Source: Gammaproteobacteria bacterium
GTDB lineage: Bacteria > Pseudomonadota > Gammaproteobacteria > Eutrophobiales > Eutrophobiaceae
Assembly: GCA_965215365.1 (NCBI GenBank)
Contig: CBDCDS010000003.1
Span: 2,272,001-2,336,000 of the forward strand
Reading direction: 5' to 3'
DNA length: 64,000 bases
Numbering within the stretch: position 1 is the stretch's first letter; the number at the start of each line of letters is the position of its first letter. Made by a program: the position numbers and the translations under genes. This document shows positions 8,408-18,179 of the stretch, in pieces. Below the pieces are notes generated by a model. The model ran no database searches, was not told the origin of the DNA, and was given only the letters and a program-made list of their open reading frames with translations.

Positions 8408-11311
8408 ATGAACTCGCCACAAACCTGCAAACATGCCATAACAGTCGGTACGCCGGTGCCCTGTGCCGCCAACCTGCCGTTGGACATGGATGATTCGCAA
8501 TCCGTGTGGTTTGTCGAACACGGCGCCATAGACGTGTTTCTGGTCGAGCGCCAGGACGGTATCGATCAAACCGCGCCGCAACACTTGTTACGCGCCGCGG
8601 CCGGCCGCCTGTTGCCCGGCGTCGCTGCGCAACGGCAAGACACCACCCTGGGCCTGATCGCCAAAGGTTTACCCGGCACGGTATTGCGGCGGCTGCCGGT
8701 TTCCGGGCTGGCCGCGTTGGCCGCCGACGAACTGGCGCAACAGGTCGATGCCTGGGTGATGGACTTGTCCGCCGCCTTGTCCCGCGACCTGGTGACCCCC
8801 CCGCGTGCGGACCTGCTCATCGAACCGGCGCCGGCGCCGGCGGCAATGACCGGCCGGCTGTCAACGCGCCGCGACGTAGTCTGGCTGAGGCAACCGCCGC
8901 CGGGCGCGAGTTTGTACATGGAACTGGTGGACCCGGCGCTTGGCGATAGCGCCGACACAAGCGCCATACTGGCGCTGACGCCCCATGTCTGGCTGACCCT
9001 GCTGGAAGCGGCAGAGCTGCCCGTTTACGCGTCCGCAACGCTGGCCGCCGAGCAGCGGCTGTTGCCGGCCCTGGCAGACTTCCACGCCCTAGCGTTCGCG
9101 ACGGCGCGGCTCAACCGCAGTCTGGCGCTCATCGATCAGGCCAATCTGGAACGGGAACGCACGGCCGGGCGGCGTAGCGATGAAGAAGATGCCCGGTGGC
9201 GCCTGTTCAACCTGTACGGCTTGGCGCAACAGCAACCGGACACCGCCCCGGGCGCGGCGCTGTTTGAGGCGCTGAAACTTATCGGCCAGCACGAGGGTAT
9301 CGAATTCGTCTGGCCCGCGCCGCGGCCTGAGGACGCTCCCGACATTGATCTGGAGCAGGTACTGCAGGCCTCCGCCACGCGCCGGCGCCAGGTGCGTCTC
9401 ATGCCTGAGGACAAGTGGTGGACCGGCGACAGCGGCGCGCTGCTGGCGTTCCGCAATGATAACGGCGAGCCGGTGGTATTATTGCCCGGCGACCTCGGTG
9501 GTTACCGGGAAGTCGAGCCGCGCACCCGGCGCCAGGCCCGGGTAACGGCTGCACGCGCAGCCGCGTTGCGGGCGCAGGCCTGGCAGTTCTACCCGGCGCT
9601 GCCGGCCGGGCGCGTTGGCATACGCGAGCTGCTGCAGGTCGCCGGGAAGGGTTTGCCGGCAGCTTTGACACTGTGCACACTGGCCGGATTGGCGGGCGGC
9701 CTGATCATGCTGTTACCGGCCGTGTTGGCAGGCATTATCGCCGACCGGGTTATCCCGGGCGGCGAGCTCAGCGTGTTGTATCTGTCCGCCACCCTACTGG
9801 CCTTGCTGGCGCTGCCGGCGGCGTTGCTGTATGTGCTGCGCGGCAGCGCCCTGATGCGTCTGGAAGGGCGTGCTGCGTCCCGTCTGGAAGCGGCTTTCTG
9901 GGACCGTTTGTTGCGGCTGCCGCCGCATTTTCTGGAACGCTATAACACCGGCGACACCGCGCTGCGCAGCCGCGCCTTCCAGCGTGTGCGCGATGCACTG
10001 CAAGAGACGCTGACCAGCGCCGTGCTGGCGGTGATTTTCCTGTCACCGGCGTTATTGCTCATCTCCTGGTACGACGCCAGACTGGGCGCAGTATGCACAG
10101 CCCTGGCGCTGCTGTCGCTGTTGCTGACGGTGGCATTAGGTTTGAGCCAGCTGCGGCCGCGCGGCCGCGCGCTACGAGTTGCCAGCCACCTCAGCGGCAG
10201 GCTCAACCAGCTCATAAACGGCATTGTCAAACTGCGCGTGACCGGGGCGGAAGGATCTGCGTTCGGGGTGTGGGCGCAACACTACCATGACCAGAAACGC
10301 GCCGAGTTGCGCCACGGCGCCAGAGACGCGCACTTACAAGCTTTCAGCGCGGCGTTGCCATTTCTGGCCGCCGCCGTACTGCTGCTGGCGGCCACCCTGC
10401 CAGGGCCAGCGGCTATTCCGGTCGGGGAGTTTCTGACCGTGTTCATGCTGTTCCTGCTGTTCCAGTCGGCAGTGGCGCGGCTGGGTGCCTCATTCAGTAC
10501 GCTGGCCACCGTCATTACCGCGCTGGACCAGGTGCGGCCATTCCTCGACGAACCCCCGGAACTCAGCGTCGGCGGGGAATCCGCCGGGGAGTTGCGCGGG
10601 GCAATACGGGTTGACCATGTCAGCTTTCGTTATGACTCCGACAGTCCACTGGTGCTCGACGATGTATCAATAGATGCCCGCCCCGGTGAATTCATCGCCA
10701 TTACCGGCGAGTCCGGCTGCGGCAAGAGTACGCTGTTCAAACTTCTGACCGGCTTGGAGCAGCCGGATACCGGTTCGATATACTACGACGGACGCGAGCT
10801 CAGGCGCCTGAATATCAAACAGGTGCGGCGCCAGCTTGGCGTGGTGCCACAGAAAATTCAGTTGCACCCGCTGGACTTGTGGGACAACATCGTCGGCAGC
10901 CATGAACAGGCCAGTGACGAGGACGTCTGGCACGCAGCCGGTCTCGCTTGCGTGGATACCGATATCAAATCCATGCCGATGAAGATGTTGACGACGGTGG
11001 GTCATAACCTCATATCGGGCGGCGAGGCGCAATGTGTGAGCATTGCCCATATACTGCTGCGCAACCCCCGGATTCTGCTGCTCGACGAAGCGACCAACCT
11101 GCTGGACAATGCGCGCCAGACGACCATCATGGAAAACGTGGAGAGGCTGAACACCACCCGGATCGTCATCGCGCACCGGATATCCACCCTGCGGCAAGCC
11201 GACCGCATCTATGTGCTGAAAGACGCCAGGGTCATCCAGACCGGGACTTTTGAGGAGCTATCGGCAATGCCAGGAGCTTTCCGCGACCTGATACAACGAC
11301 AGCTTGTCTGA
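8408..11311 (+). CDS. NHLP export ABC transporter permease/ATPase (second subunit, N-terminal cNMP-like region)
   Basis: WW..DSGALLAF motif, Walker A GESGCGKS, LLLDEAT; paired with the C39 transporter. Confidence 0.88.
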   Translation: MNSPQTCKHAITVGTPVPCAANLPLDMDDSQSVWFVEHGAIDVFLVERQDGIDQTAPQHLLRAAAGRLLPGVAAQRQDTTLGLIAKGLPGTVLRRLPVSGLAALAADELAQQVDAWVMDLSAALSRDLVTPPRADLLIEPAPAPAAMTGRLSTRRDVVWLRQPPPGASLYMELVDPALGDSADTSAILALTPHVWLTLLEAAELPVYASATLAAEQRLLPALADFHALAFATARLNRSLALIDQANLERERTAGRRSDEEDARWRLFNLYGLAQQQPDTAPGAALFEALKLIGQHEGIEFVWPAPRPEDAPDIDLEQVLQASATRRRQVRLMPEDKWWTGDSGALLAFRNDNGEPVVLLPGDLGGYREVEPRTRRQARVTAARAAALRAQAWQFYPALPAGRVGIRELLQVAGKGLPAALTLCTLAGLAGGLIMLLPAVLAGIIADRVIPGGELSVLYLSATLLALLALPAALLYVLRGSALMRLEGRAASRLEAAFWDRLLRLPPHFLERYNTGDTALRSRAFQRVRDALQETLTSAVLAVIFLSPALLLISWYDARLGAVCTALALLSLLLTVALGLSQLRPRGRALRVASHLSGRLNQLINGIVKLRVTGAEGSAFGVWAQHYHDQKRAELRHGARDAHLQAFSAALPFLAAAVLLLAATLPGPAAIPVGEFLTVFMLFLLFQSAVARLGASFSTLATVITALDQVRPFLDEPPELSVGGESAGELRGAIRVDHVSFRYDSDSPLVLDDVSIDARPGEFIAITGESGCGKSTLFKLLTGLEQPDTGSIYYDGRELRRLNIKQVRRQLGVVPQKIQLHPLDLWDNIVGSHEQASDEDVWHAAGLACVDTDIKSMPMKMLTTVGHNLISGGEAQCVSIAHILLRNPRILLLDEATNLLDNARQTTIMENVERLNTTRIVIAHRISTLRQADRIYVLKDARVIQTGTFEELSAMPGAFRDLIQRQLV

Positions 11312-11347
11312 AACACAACCGGCCAGCGGGCGAGAAGAGAAATTCCC

Positions 11348-11422
11348 TAACCCGCATATCTCACCAAGTCGCTTGTTGCCTTGTGAAACATAATTGCTCT
11401 CAATAAGTTTACGATAGCTACT
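11348..11422. repeat. Repeat family A, long (~75 bp) copy
   Basis: Near-identical to the reverse complement of 42451-42526. Confidence 0.85.
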
Positions 11423-11527
11423 ACCAATGATTTATTGACCGGCCGCGGCGGGCTGGTGAAACTTGCATGGCAAATATGATACGCTGTGCCTTCGATTCTC
11501 CAGCCCAATACAATCAAAACAAGTTAT

Positions 11528-11764
11528 ATGACGATGCAGAAAAATGTGGAAGAGGTACTGGCGCCCTTGGCCGGCGCGGTATGGAAAATTACGGTGGCTG
11601 TTGATGAAGCAGTCGAAGAAGATGATGAAGTGCTTATCATCGAAGCCATGAAGATGGAAACGCCTGTGTTTGCGCCCGGTGACGGTAAAGTGAAGGAGGT
11701 TTACGTCAGTGCAGGCGATCAAGTGGAAGAAGATCAGCCACTACTGTCTATCGAAACGGGATAA
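11528..11764 (+). CDS. Biotin carboxyl carrier protein (stand-alone)
   Basis: EAMKM biotinylation motif; start codon uncertain. Confidence 0.9.
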   Translation: MTMQKNVEEVLAPLAGAVWKITVAVDEAVEEDDEVLIIEAMKMETPVFAPGDGKVKEVYVSAGDQVEEDQPLLSIETG

Positions 11765-11765
11765 C

Positions 11766-12923
11766 ATGTTTTTTGAGCTGACCGAAGAGCAGCAACTGGT
11801 GCAAGACACTGCCCGGCGTTTTGCGCTGGAGGACATTGCGCCGACCCTGGAGGAAGAAGAACGCAACCACGAGTTTCGGCTGGAACGGGTGGCGCGCATG
11901 GGCGAGCTTGGTTTTTTCTCCTGCGCGTTACCGGAGACGCTGGGCGGCAACGGCATGGGCTTCCTGGAATCCGCCCTCATGGCGGAACAGGTCGCCCGGG
12001 TATCGGCCTCCTGGCGCCTGCCGTTCAACATGCAGAACCTGGGTCCGGCCTTGTCGGTGGCGCAATTCGGCACGCCAGAGCAACAGCAACAATACATCCC
12101 AGGCTGGATTAACGGGACGAAGATAGGCTTCTTTGCCATGACCGAGCCCGATACCGGTTCGGACGTAGCCAGTATGAAGACCTATGCCATTGACAAGGGC
12201 GACCACTTTGAGCTGCACGGCAACAAGCTGTGGATTTCCAATGCCCATATCGGCGATGCCGGACTGTTGTATGCCTACACCAACCGAAAGCTGGGCAACA
12301 AGGGCATCAGTTGCTTTATCATCGAGCCAAAAACGCTGGAGGGCTGCACCACGCGCCCCATCGAAACCAAGCTGGGGCTGCACTGCTCGCCCACGGGCGA
12401 GTTTGTCTTCGTCGGGGCAAAGATACCCAAAAGTGCCCTGCTCGGCGAGTTGAACGACGGCTTTAAGATGTGCATGTGGCAGCTGGGCAATACCCGCATC
12501 GGTTGTGCTGCCGGCGCCCTAGGCGTGGCTGGCGGCGCGTTGCAACTTGCCATCGACTATGCCAACGAGCGCAAGCAGTTCGGCCAGCCCATCGCCAAAC
12601 ACCAGATGATCCAGGCCCAGCTCGCCGACATGGTGGTGGAACATCAGGCCGCGCAGCTGCTGGTCTATAAGGCGGCCTGGCTCAAAGACCAGGGCACGCC
12701 CAACCAGTACGAGACGTCCGTGGCCAAGCTGGCGGCCTCGGAAGCGGCCGTCCATGCCGCGAACGAGTGCATGAAGATCTTCGGTTCCTACGGTTACTCC
12801 ACCGAATACCCGGCAGAACGATTTTACCGTGACGCCAAGTCCCTGCAGGTGGTGGAAGGCACCTCCAATATCCAGCGAGTGATCATCGCCAGCATGGCCT
12901 GCGGGCACAGTTCCAATCGGTGA
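11766..12923 (+). CDS. Acyl-CoA dehydrogenase, resembling non-decarboxylating glutaryl-CoA dehydrogenase
   Basis: TEPDTGSD, RKQFG, GYSTEYPAERFYRDA, EGTSNI motifs. Confidence 0.85.
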   Translation: MFFELTEEQQLVQDTARRFALEDIAPTLEEEERNHEFRLERVARMGELGFFSCALPETLGGNGMGFLESALMAEQVARVSASWRLPFNMQNLGPALSVAQFGTPEQQQQYIPGWINGTKIGFFAMTEPDTGSDVASMKTYAIDKGDHFELHGNKLWISNAHIGDAGLLYAYTNRKLGNKGISCFIIEPKTLEGCTTRPIETKLGLHCSPTGEFVFVGAKIPKSALLGELNDGFKMCMWQLGNTRIGCAAGALGVAGGALQLAIDYANERKQFGQPIAKHQMIQAQLADMVVEHQAAQLLVYKAAWLKDQGTPNQYETSVAKLAASEAAVHAANECMKIFGSYGYSTEYPAERFYRDAKSLQVVEGTSNIQRVIIASMACGHSSNR

Positions 12924-12945
12924 GGCATCATTTCATCTCCGGCAC

Positions 12946-14259
12946 ATGAAAGTTGCGCTTAAATCCCTGGGTTGTCGCCTGAACGAAGCTGAGCTGGAGC
13001 ATTGGGCGGCGGGGTTCGGGGCGCACGGCCATCAACTGGTCGAGGTCACGGAGCGCGCCGATCTGGTCGTCATCAACACCTGCGCGGTGACCGCTGAGGC
13101 GGCAAAAAAATCCAGACAACTGATCCGGCGCACGCAACGCCATAATGCCACGGCCAAGCTGGTGGTAAGCGGCTGCTACGCCAGTCTGCAACCACGGCAG
13201 GCGGCGCAACTGCCCGGCGTTGACCTAGTGGTGGACAACCTCGACAAGGAGCGTCTGGTTGACATCGTGACCAGCAAATTTGCCGGAGAACTGGCCGTTG
13301 ACACCCTGCCCGCCACTGCCACCGAACCCGGCGCCAATGCCCTGTTTGCGCGCGGGCGCAATCGGGCCTTCATCAAAGTGCAGGATGGTTGCCGGCACAA
13401 ATGCACCTTCTGTATCGTTACCGTCGCCCGCGGCACCGAGCGCAGCCGCCCGACGCCGGCGCTCGTGGATGAGGTTAACCGGGTGCACTCGGACGGCGTG
13501 CTGGAAGTCATTCTCACCGGCGTGCACCTCGGTGGCTACGGGCGCGAGGCAGGTACAGATCTGGCAGGCCTGATCAAAACCCTGCTTGCTGAAACCGATA
13601 TACCAAGAATACGCCTGGGCTCACTGGAACCCTGGAACATACCTGATACTTTCGTCACCTTGTTCGAGAACCCCAGATTGATGCCGCACTTACACCTGCC
13701 CTTGCAGAGCGGCAGCGATACCGTGCTGCGGCGCATGGGCCGGCGCTGCCGGCGGGCGGAGTTTGTGCGTCTGGCGAGAACTCTGAAAGAGCATGTGCCG
13801 AAGCTGAATATTACCACCGACATCATCGCCGGCTTCCCCGGCGAAACCGCGTCGGAATGGCAACAAACCCTGGATTTCTGTCGGGAAAACAGGTTTTCCC
13901 ACATCCACATCTTTCCCTATTCAGCTCGGACCGGCACCCGCGCGGCGACGCTGCCGACCCAGGTGTCAGCAACGACAAAGAAACAGCGCTGCCAGGAATT
14001 ACAGCGTCTGGGACAACGGCTGAAACACGATTATATGCGACAGCACCTAGGACAGCGCTGTGAAGTACTGGTGGAAAACGATGCCGGCAGGATTAACGGC
14101 CAACAGGTGTATTTCGGTTACTCACCGAACTACCTGCGCACCGCCATCCCGCGCTCAGGCAAGGTGCCACGCCCCAACAGTATCATCGAAGTACAACTCA
14201 GAGACTATGCTGAGGACATGGCCACGCTGGTGTCAGCTCAGCTGCATTCCGTAGAATAA
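12946..14259 (+). CDS. mtaB: tRNA t6A37 methylthiotransferase (radical SAM)
   Basis: LGCRLN, INTCAVT, KVQDGCRHKCTFC motifs. Confidence 0.9.
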   Translation: MKVALKSLGCRLNEAELEHWAAGFGAHGHQLVEVTERADLVVINTCAVTAEAAKKSRQLIRRTQRHNATAKLVVSGCYASLQPRQAAQLPGVDLVVDNLDKERLVDIVTSKFAGELAVDTLPATATEPGANALFARGRNRAFIKVQDGCRHKCTFCIVTVARGTERSRPTPALVDEVNRVHSDGVLEVILTGVHLGGYGREAGTDLAGLIKTLLAETDIPRIRLGSLEPWNIPDTFVTLFENPRLMPHLHLPLQSGSDTVLRRMGRRCRRAEFVRLARTLKEHVPKLNITTDIIAGFPGETASEWQQTLDFCRENRFSHIHIFPYSARTGTRAATLPTQVSATTKKQRCQELQRLGQRLKHDYMRQHLGQRCEVLVENDAGRINGQQVYFGYSPNYLRTAIPRSGKVPRPNSIIEVQLRDYAEDMATLVSAQLHSVE

Positions 14260-14270
14260 AGGCCACCTCC

Positions 14271-14395
14271 ATGTTGCATAAGGCAACAAGCGACTAGGTG
14301 AGATATGCGGGTTAGGATGGTCCTGATTGGAAAACCCTCGCGCTTGAATAATTTCGGCGCGCGGTATATTCTGGGTTTAACCCGCATATCTCACC
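14271..14395. repeat. Two family A copies in inverted orientation (14271-14314, 14378-14395)
   Basis: GGTGAGATATGCGGGTTA ... TAACCCGCATATCTCACC. Confidence 0.8.
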
Positions 14396-14492
14396 CAGTG
14401 ATGGGGGTTAGTTACCATAAGCATAATGCTGCAAAGGCACCGCCGGCTTTTAGAGGTGCCTGTATGATTACCATGATGCAGAGGAAGACTGT

Positions 14493-15632
14493 ATGTCTGT
14501 CAGAAATATGAAAACTTTTATGGGGGCGCTGAGTGCCGTACTGTTACTGGCGCCGCCGCTGGCTTGGGCGGAATACGCGTTGAACCTCACCGAGGGTGTG
14601 ACCCCGCTGAGCCGGAACATCTACGACCTGCACATGACGATATTTTATATCTGTTGTGTGATCGCAGTGATTGTGTTTGGTGTCATGTTCTGGTCCATCT
14701 TCCACCATCGCAAGTCCCGCGGCGCGCAGCCGGCGAAGTTCCACCACAACACCACCATAGAAATAATCTGGACCGCCATCCCCATAGTGATTCTGGTGGT
14801 TATGGCTATTCCCGCTACCAAGTCCCTGGTGTTAATTGAATCCACCGGTGACTCCGACCTGACCATCAAGATCACCGGCCACCAGTGGCGTTGGCAGTAT
14901 GAGTATATTGAGGAGGAGATCGAATTTTTCAGCAGCCTAGATGCCAACAGCAACGAGGCGCGGCAACTCAAGTCCGGCATCGACCCCAGCGAGATAGATA
15001 ATTACCTGTTGGAAGTGGATAATCCGGTGGTGGTACCGGTCGGACAGAAAATCCGCTTTATGACAACGGCCGCAGATGTCATCCACTCCTGGTGGGTGCC
15101 CGACCTGGGCTGGAAACGGGACTCCATTCCTGGCTTTATCAATGAATCTTGGGCAATTATCGAGGAAGAAGGCACCTATCGCGGCCAGTGTGCGGAACTG
15201 TGCGGGCGCGACCATGCGTTCATGCCCATCGTCCTTAAGGCCGTCAGCGAAGATGAATATTACGACTGGGTGGGAGAGATGATGATGGTGGCCATGGAAG
15301 CGGAAGCCGGCGCCGATCGTGAGTGGAGCATGGCCGAGTTAATGGAACGTGGCGAGCAGGTCTATGGCACGTTTTGTGTCGCCTGTCACCAGGTCAACGG
15401 CATGGGTATCCCCGGTGCCTTCAAACCCCTGGTCGGCAGCCCGATCGCCACAGGGCCGGTGGAAGGCCATATCGAGGTCTTGATGAACGGCGTGCCCGGC
15501 ACCGCCATGGCTTCGTTCGGTATGCAGCTGAATGATGTGGACATCGCCGCGGTCATTACCTACGAGCGCAACGCCTGGGGTAACGACATGGGTGACCTGG
15601 TGCAGCCGTCCACGATTGCCGCCATGCGCTAA
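14493..15632 (+). CDS. coxB: Cytochrome c oxidase subunit II with C-terminal cytochrome c domain
   Basis: CuA motif CAELCGRDHAFM; heme motif CVACH. Confidence 0.96.
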   Translation: MSVRNMKTFMGALSAVLLLAPPLAWAEYALNLTEGVTPLSRNIYDLHMTIFYICCVIAVIVFGVMFWSIFHHRKSRGAQPAKFHHNTTIEIIWTAIPIVILVVMAIPATKSLVLIESTGDSDLTIKITGHQWRWQYEYIEEEIEFFSSLDANSNEARQLKSGIDPSEIDNYLLEVDNPVVVPVGQKIRFMTTAADVIHSWWVPDLGWKRDSIPGFINESWAIIEEEGTYRGQCAELCGRDHAFMPIVLKAVSEDEYYDWVGEMMMVAMEAEAGADREWSMAELMERGEQVYGTFCVACHQVNGMGIPGAFKPLVGSPIATGPVEGHIEVLMNGVPGTAMASFGMQLNDVDIAAVITYERNAWGNDMGDLVQPSTIAAMR

Positions 15633-15656
15633 CGCGCAGCGCATCCAAGAACATAA

Positions 15657-15808
15657 GGTCACCTCTCACAAACACGAGGTGACCGTGCAGCATAAGGATG
15701 TGCTGCCATTTTTAGTCACGTAAGTGACTGAAAATGAAGGAAATGAAAAATCGCATTTTTTCATTTCCGTGTCTAAAAATGCTACGGAGGGCATTTTTAC
15801 AGGTGACC
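15657..15808. repeat. Multi-hairpin intergenic element (family B related), homologous to 51313-51420
   Basis: Five consecutive inverted repeats; shares GCAGCATAAGGA..TGCTGCCA and CAC-GTMA-GTG..GAAAATGA modules with 51341-51396. Confidence 0.7.
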
Positions 15809-15830
15809 ATAAGAATACGAGGGTAACAGC

Positions 15831-17432
15831 ATGAGCGACGTTGCAGTACACGAACACCACCAAGACGACCACGATCACAAGCCGACCGGCCTTGGCCGCT
15901 GGCTGTTTTCCACCAACCACAAAGACATTGGCACCATGTACCTGGTGTTCTCGCTGATTATGTTCTTCGTCGGCGGCGCCATGGCCATGGTGATACGCGC
16001 CGAGTTATTTCAGCCGGGCCTGCAATTTGTTGACCCGCAGTTTTTTAATGCCATGACCACCATGCACGCGCTGATCATGATATTCGGCGTGATCATGCCG
16101 GCGGGTGTCGGTCTGGCTAACTGGATGATCCCGATTATGATCGGCGCGCCGGACATGGCGCTGCCGCGCATGAACAATATGAGCTTCTGGATCCTGCCGT
16201 TTGCCTTTGCCATGCTGTTGGCGACATTTTTTATGGAAGGCGGCGCCCCGAACGGCGGCTGGACTATGTATCCGCCGCTGGTCACGCAACTAGGCGAGGG
16301 TTTCCCATACCTGATTTTCACGGTGCATTTTTTGGGTGTTTCATCCATTATGGGCGCTATCAATATCATCGCCACCGTGTTTAATATGCGCGCGCCGGGC
16401 ATGGGCTTCATGCGGCTGCCATTGTTCGTATGGACTTGGATCATCACCGCATTCCTGCTCATTGTGTCGATGCCGGTGCTGGCCGGGGCGGTGACCATGC
16501 TGCTCACCGACAAGTATTTCGGTACCAGCTTTTTTGCTGCAGCCGGTGGCGGCGACCCGGTCATGTTCCAGCATATTTTCTGGTTCTTCGGCCATCCTGA
16601 GGTGTATATCCTGATCCTGCCGGCGTTTGGTATCGTCTCGCAGATCATCCCGACATTTGCCCGCAAACCGCTGTTTGGCTACGAGTCCATGGTGTACGCC
16701 ACCGCAGCCATTGCCTTCCTGTCGTTTTTCGTGTGGGCGCACCACATGTTTACCGTCGGCATGCCGTTGGCCGGCGAGTTGTTTTTCATGTATGCCACCA
16801 TGTCCATCGCGGTGCCTACCGGGGTTAAGATCTTCAACTGGCTGGCGACCATGTGGCGCGGCAGCATGACGTTTGAGACGCCCATGCTGTTCGCCCTGGC
16901 GTTCGTGATCCTGTTTTCTATCGGCGGCTTCTCCGGGTTGATGCTGGGCATTACCCCGGCGGACTTCCAATACCATGATACCTATTTTGTCGTGGCCCAC
17001 TTCCACTATGTGCTGGTGACCGGCGCCCTGTTTGCGCTGATGGCCGCCACCTATTTCTGGCTGCCCAAGTGGACTGGCCACATGTATGACGAAACCCTGG
17101 GTCAAGCCCATTTCTGGCTGTCCACGATCTCGGTCAACGTGCTGTTTTTCCCGCAACATTTCCTGGGGCTGGCGGGCATGCCGCGCCGTATCCCTGATTA
17201 TGCGGTGCAATTTACCGAGTGGAACATGATCTCCAGCCTGGGCGGCTTTGCGTTTGGCCTCAGCCAGTTGCTGTTTGTTTGGGTCATTATCAAGTGCGTG
17301 CGTGCCGGCAAGCAAGCAGACGAGCAGGTGTGGGAAGGCGCGCGTGGCCTGGAGTGGATCTTGCCCTCACCGCCGCCGTTCCACTCGTTTACGGTGCCGC
17401 CCAAAGTAGATGCTTCAGTTGCACATTCATGA
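15831..17432 (+). CDS. coxA: Cytochrome c oxidase subunit I (A1 type)
   Basis: TNHKDIG, WFFGHPEVY, WAHH, AHFHY motifs. Confidence 0.98.
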   Translation: MSDVAVHEHHQDDHDHKPTGLGRWLFSTNHKDIGTMYLVFSLIMFFVGGAMAMVIRAELFQPGLQFVDPQFFNAMTTMHALIMIFGVIMPAGVGLANWMIPIMIGAPDMALPRMNNMSFWILPFAFAMLLATFFMEGGAPNGGWTMYPPLVTQLGEGFPYLIFTVHFLGVSSIMGAINIIATVFNMRAPGMGFMRLPLFVWTWIITAFLLIVSMPVLAGAVTMLLTDKYFGTSFFAAAGGGDPVMFQHIFWFFGHPEVYILILPAFGIVSQIIPTFARKPLFGYESMVYATAAIAFLSFFVWAHHMFTVGMPLAGELFFMYATMSIAVPTGVKIFNWLATMWRGSMTFETPMLFALAFVILFSIGGFSGLMLGITPADFQYHDTYFVVAHFHYVLVTGALFALMAATYFWLPKWTGHMYDETLGQAHFWLSTISVNVLFFPQHFLGLAGMPRRIPDYAVQFTEWNMISSLGGFAFGLSQLLFVWVIIKCVRAGKQADEQVWEGARGLEWILPSPPPFHSFTVPPKVDASVAHS

Positions 17433-17441
17433 CAGGCGCGC

Positions 17442-17573
17442 GTGAACCGGGAGTCTGACAACAATGACCGTGAGTTCATGACCCGCCGCCGCAAGGCCAA
17501 TGTGCGTCTGGCGCTGGCGCTGGCGTTGCTCGTGGTGGCAATTTACGTCGGCTTCATATTGAGCTACCTGTAG
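17442..17573 (+). CDS. Small single-TM cytochrome oxidase-associated protein (not in ORF track)
   Basis: ...MTRRRKANVRLALALALLVVAIYVGFILSYL between coxA and ctaG; start GTG 17442 or ATG 17478. Confidence 0.65.
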   Translation: MNRESDNNDREFMTRRRKANVRLALALALLVVAIYVGFILSYL

Positions 17574-17578
17574 TCGTC

Positions 17579-18157
17579 ATGGCGGACCGCAACGTCAACA
17601 AAACCGTGCGCCGGCTGCTGCTGGTGACCGTGGCCATGTTTGGCTTCGGCTATGCGCTGGTGCCGTTGTACCGGGTCTATTGCGACCTGACCGGGCGTGG
17701 CAGCAACCGCGCCATCAGCGCAGCTGAGGTCGGCAGCGAGGTGGACCGCGAGCGCCTAGTGACGGTGGTGCTGGACACCAATATCAGGGATATCCCCTGG
17801 ACATTCGAGGCGGAAAGCCACAAGACTAGGGTGCGTCCGGGTGAGTTATCCGAAGCCATGTTCACGGTGGAAAACCATTCGGCGCACACGGTAACCGGGC
17901 GCGCAATACCCAGCATCTCGCCGGTGCAGGCCGGCATTTACGTCAGCAAGATGGACTGTTTCTGCTTCACCGAACAGGTGCTGGCGCCGGGCGAGAGCAA
18001 GGCCATGCCGGTGCGGTTTATCGTCGATACCGACCTGCCGGAGCGGTTTTCATCATTAACGCTGTCGTACACCTTTTTTGACGTGGGGGAAAACAAGGCG
18101 CTGGCTGCCGCACAATCAGCGCCCGCAGCATCGGCGCCAACCGCCAATCCTTCCTGA
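17579..18157 (+). CDS. ctaG: Cytochrome c oxidase assembly protein CtaG/Cox11
   Basis: MFGFGYALVPLY and CFCF motifs. Confidence 0.93.
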   Translation: MADRNVNKTVRRLLLVTVAMFGFGYALVPLYRVYCDLTGRGSNRAISAAEVGSEVDRERLVTVVLDTNIRDIPWTFEAESHKTRVRPGELSEAMFTVENHSAHTVTGRAIPSISPVQAGIYVSKMDCFCFTEQVLAPGESKAMPVRFIVDTDLPERFSSLTLSYTFFDVGENKALAAAQSAPAASAPTANPS

Positions 18158-18179
18158 TAACGATACCTGAGGAGCAAAC

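Noticed and set aside
14305-14511. 68-aa ORF upstream of coxB
   Set aside because: Starts in and consists largely of repeat sequence
16341-17315. Long antisense ORFs (also 20146-20973, 41533-42330, 43760-44704, 48232-49185)
   Set aside because: Shadows of well-supported genes in GC-rich DNA; no recognisable motifs
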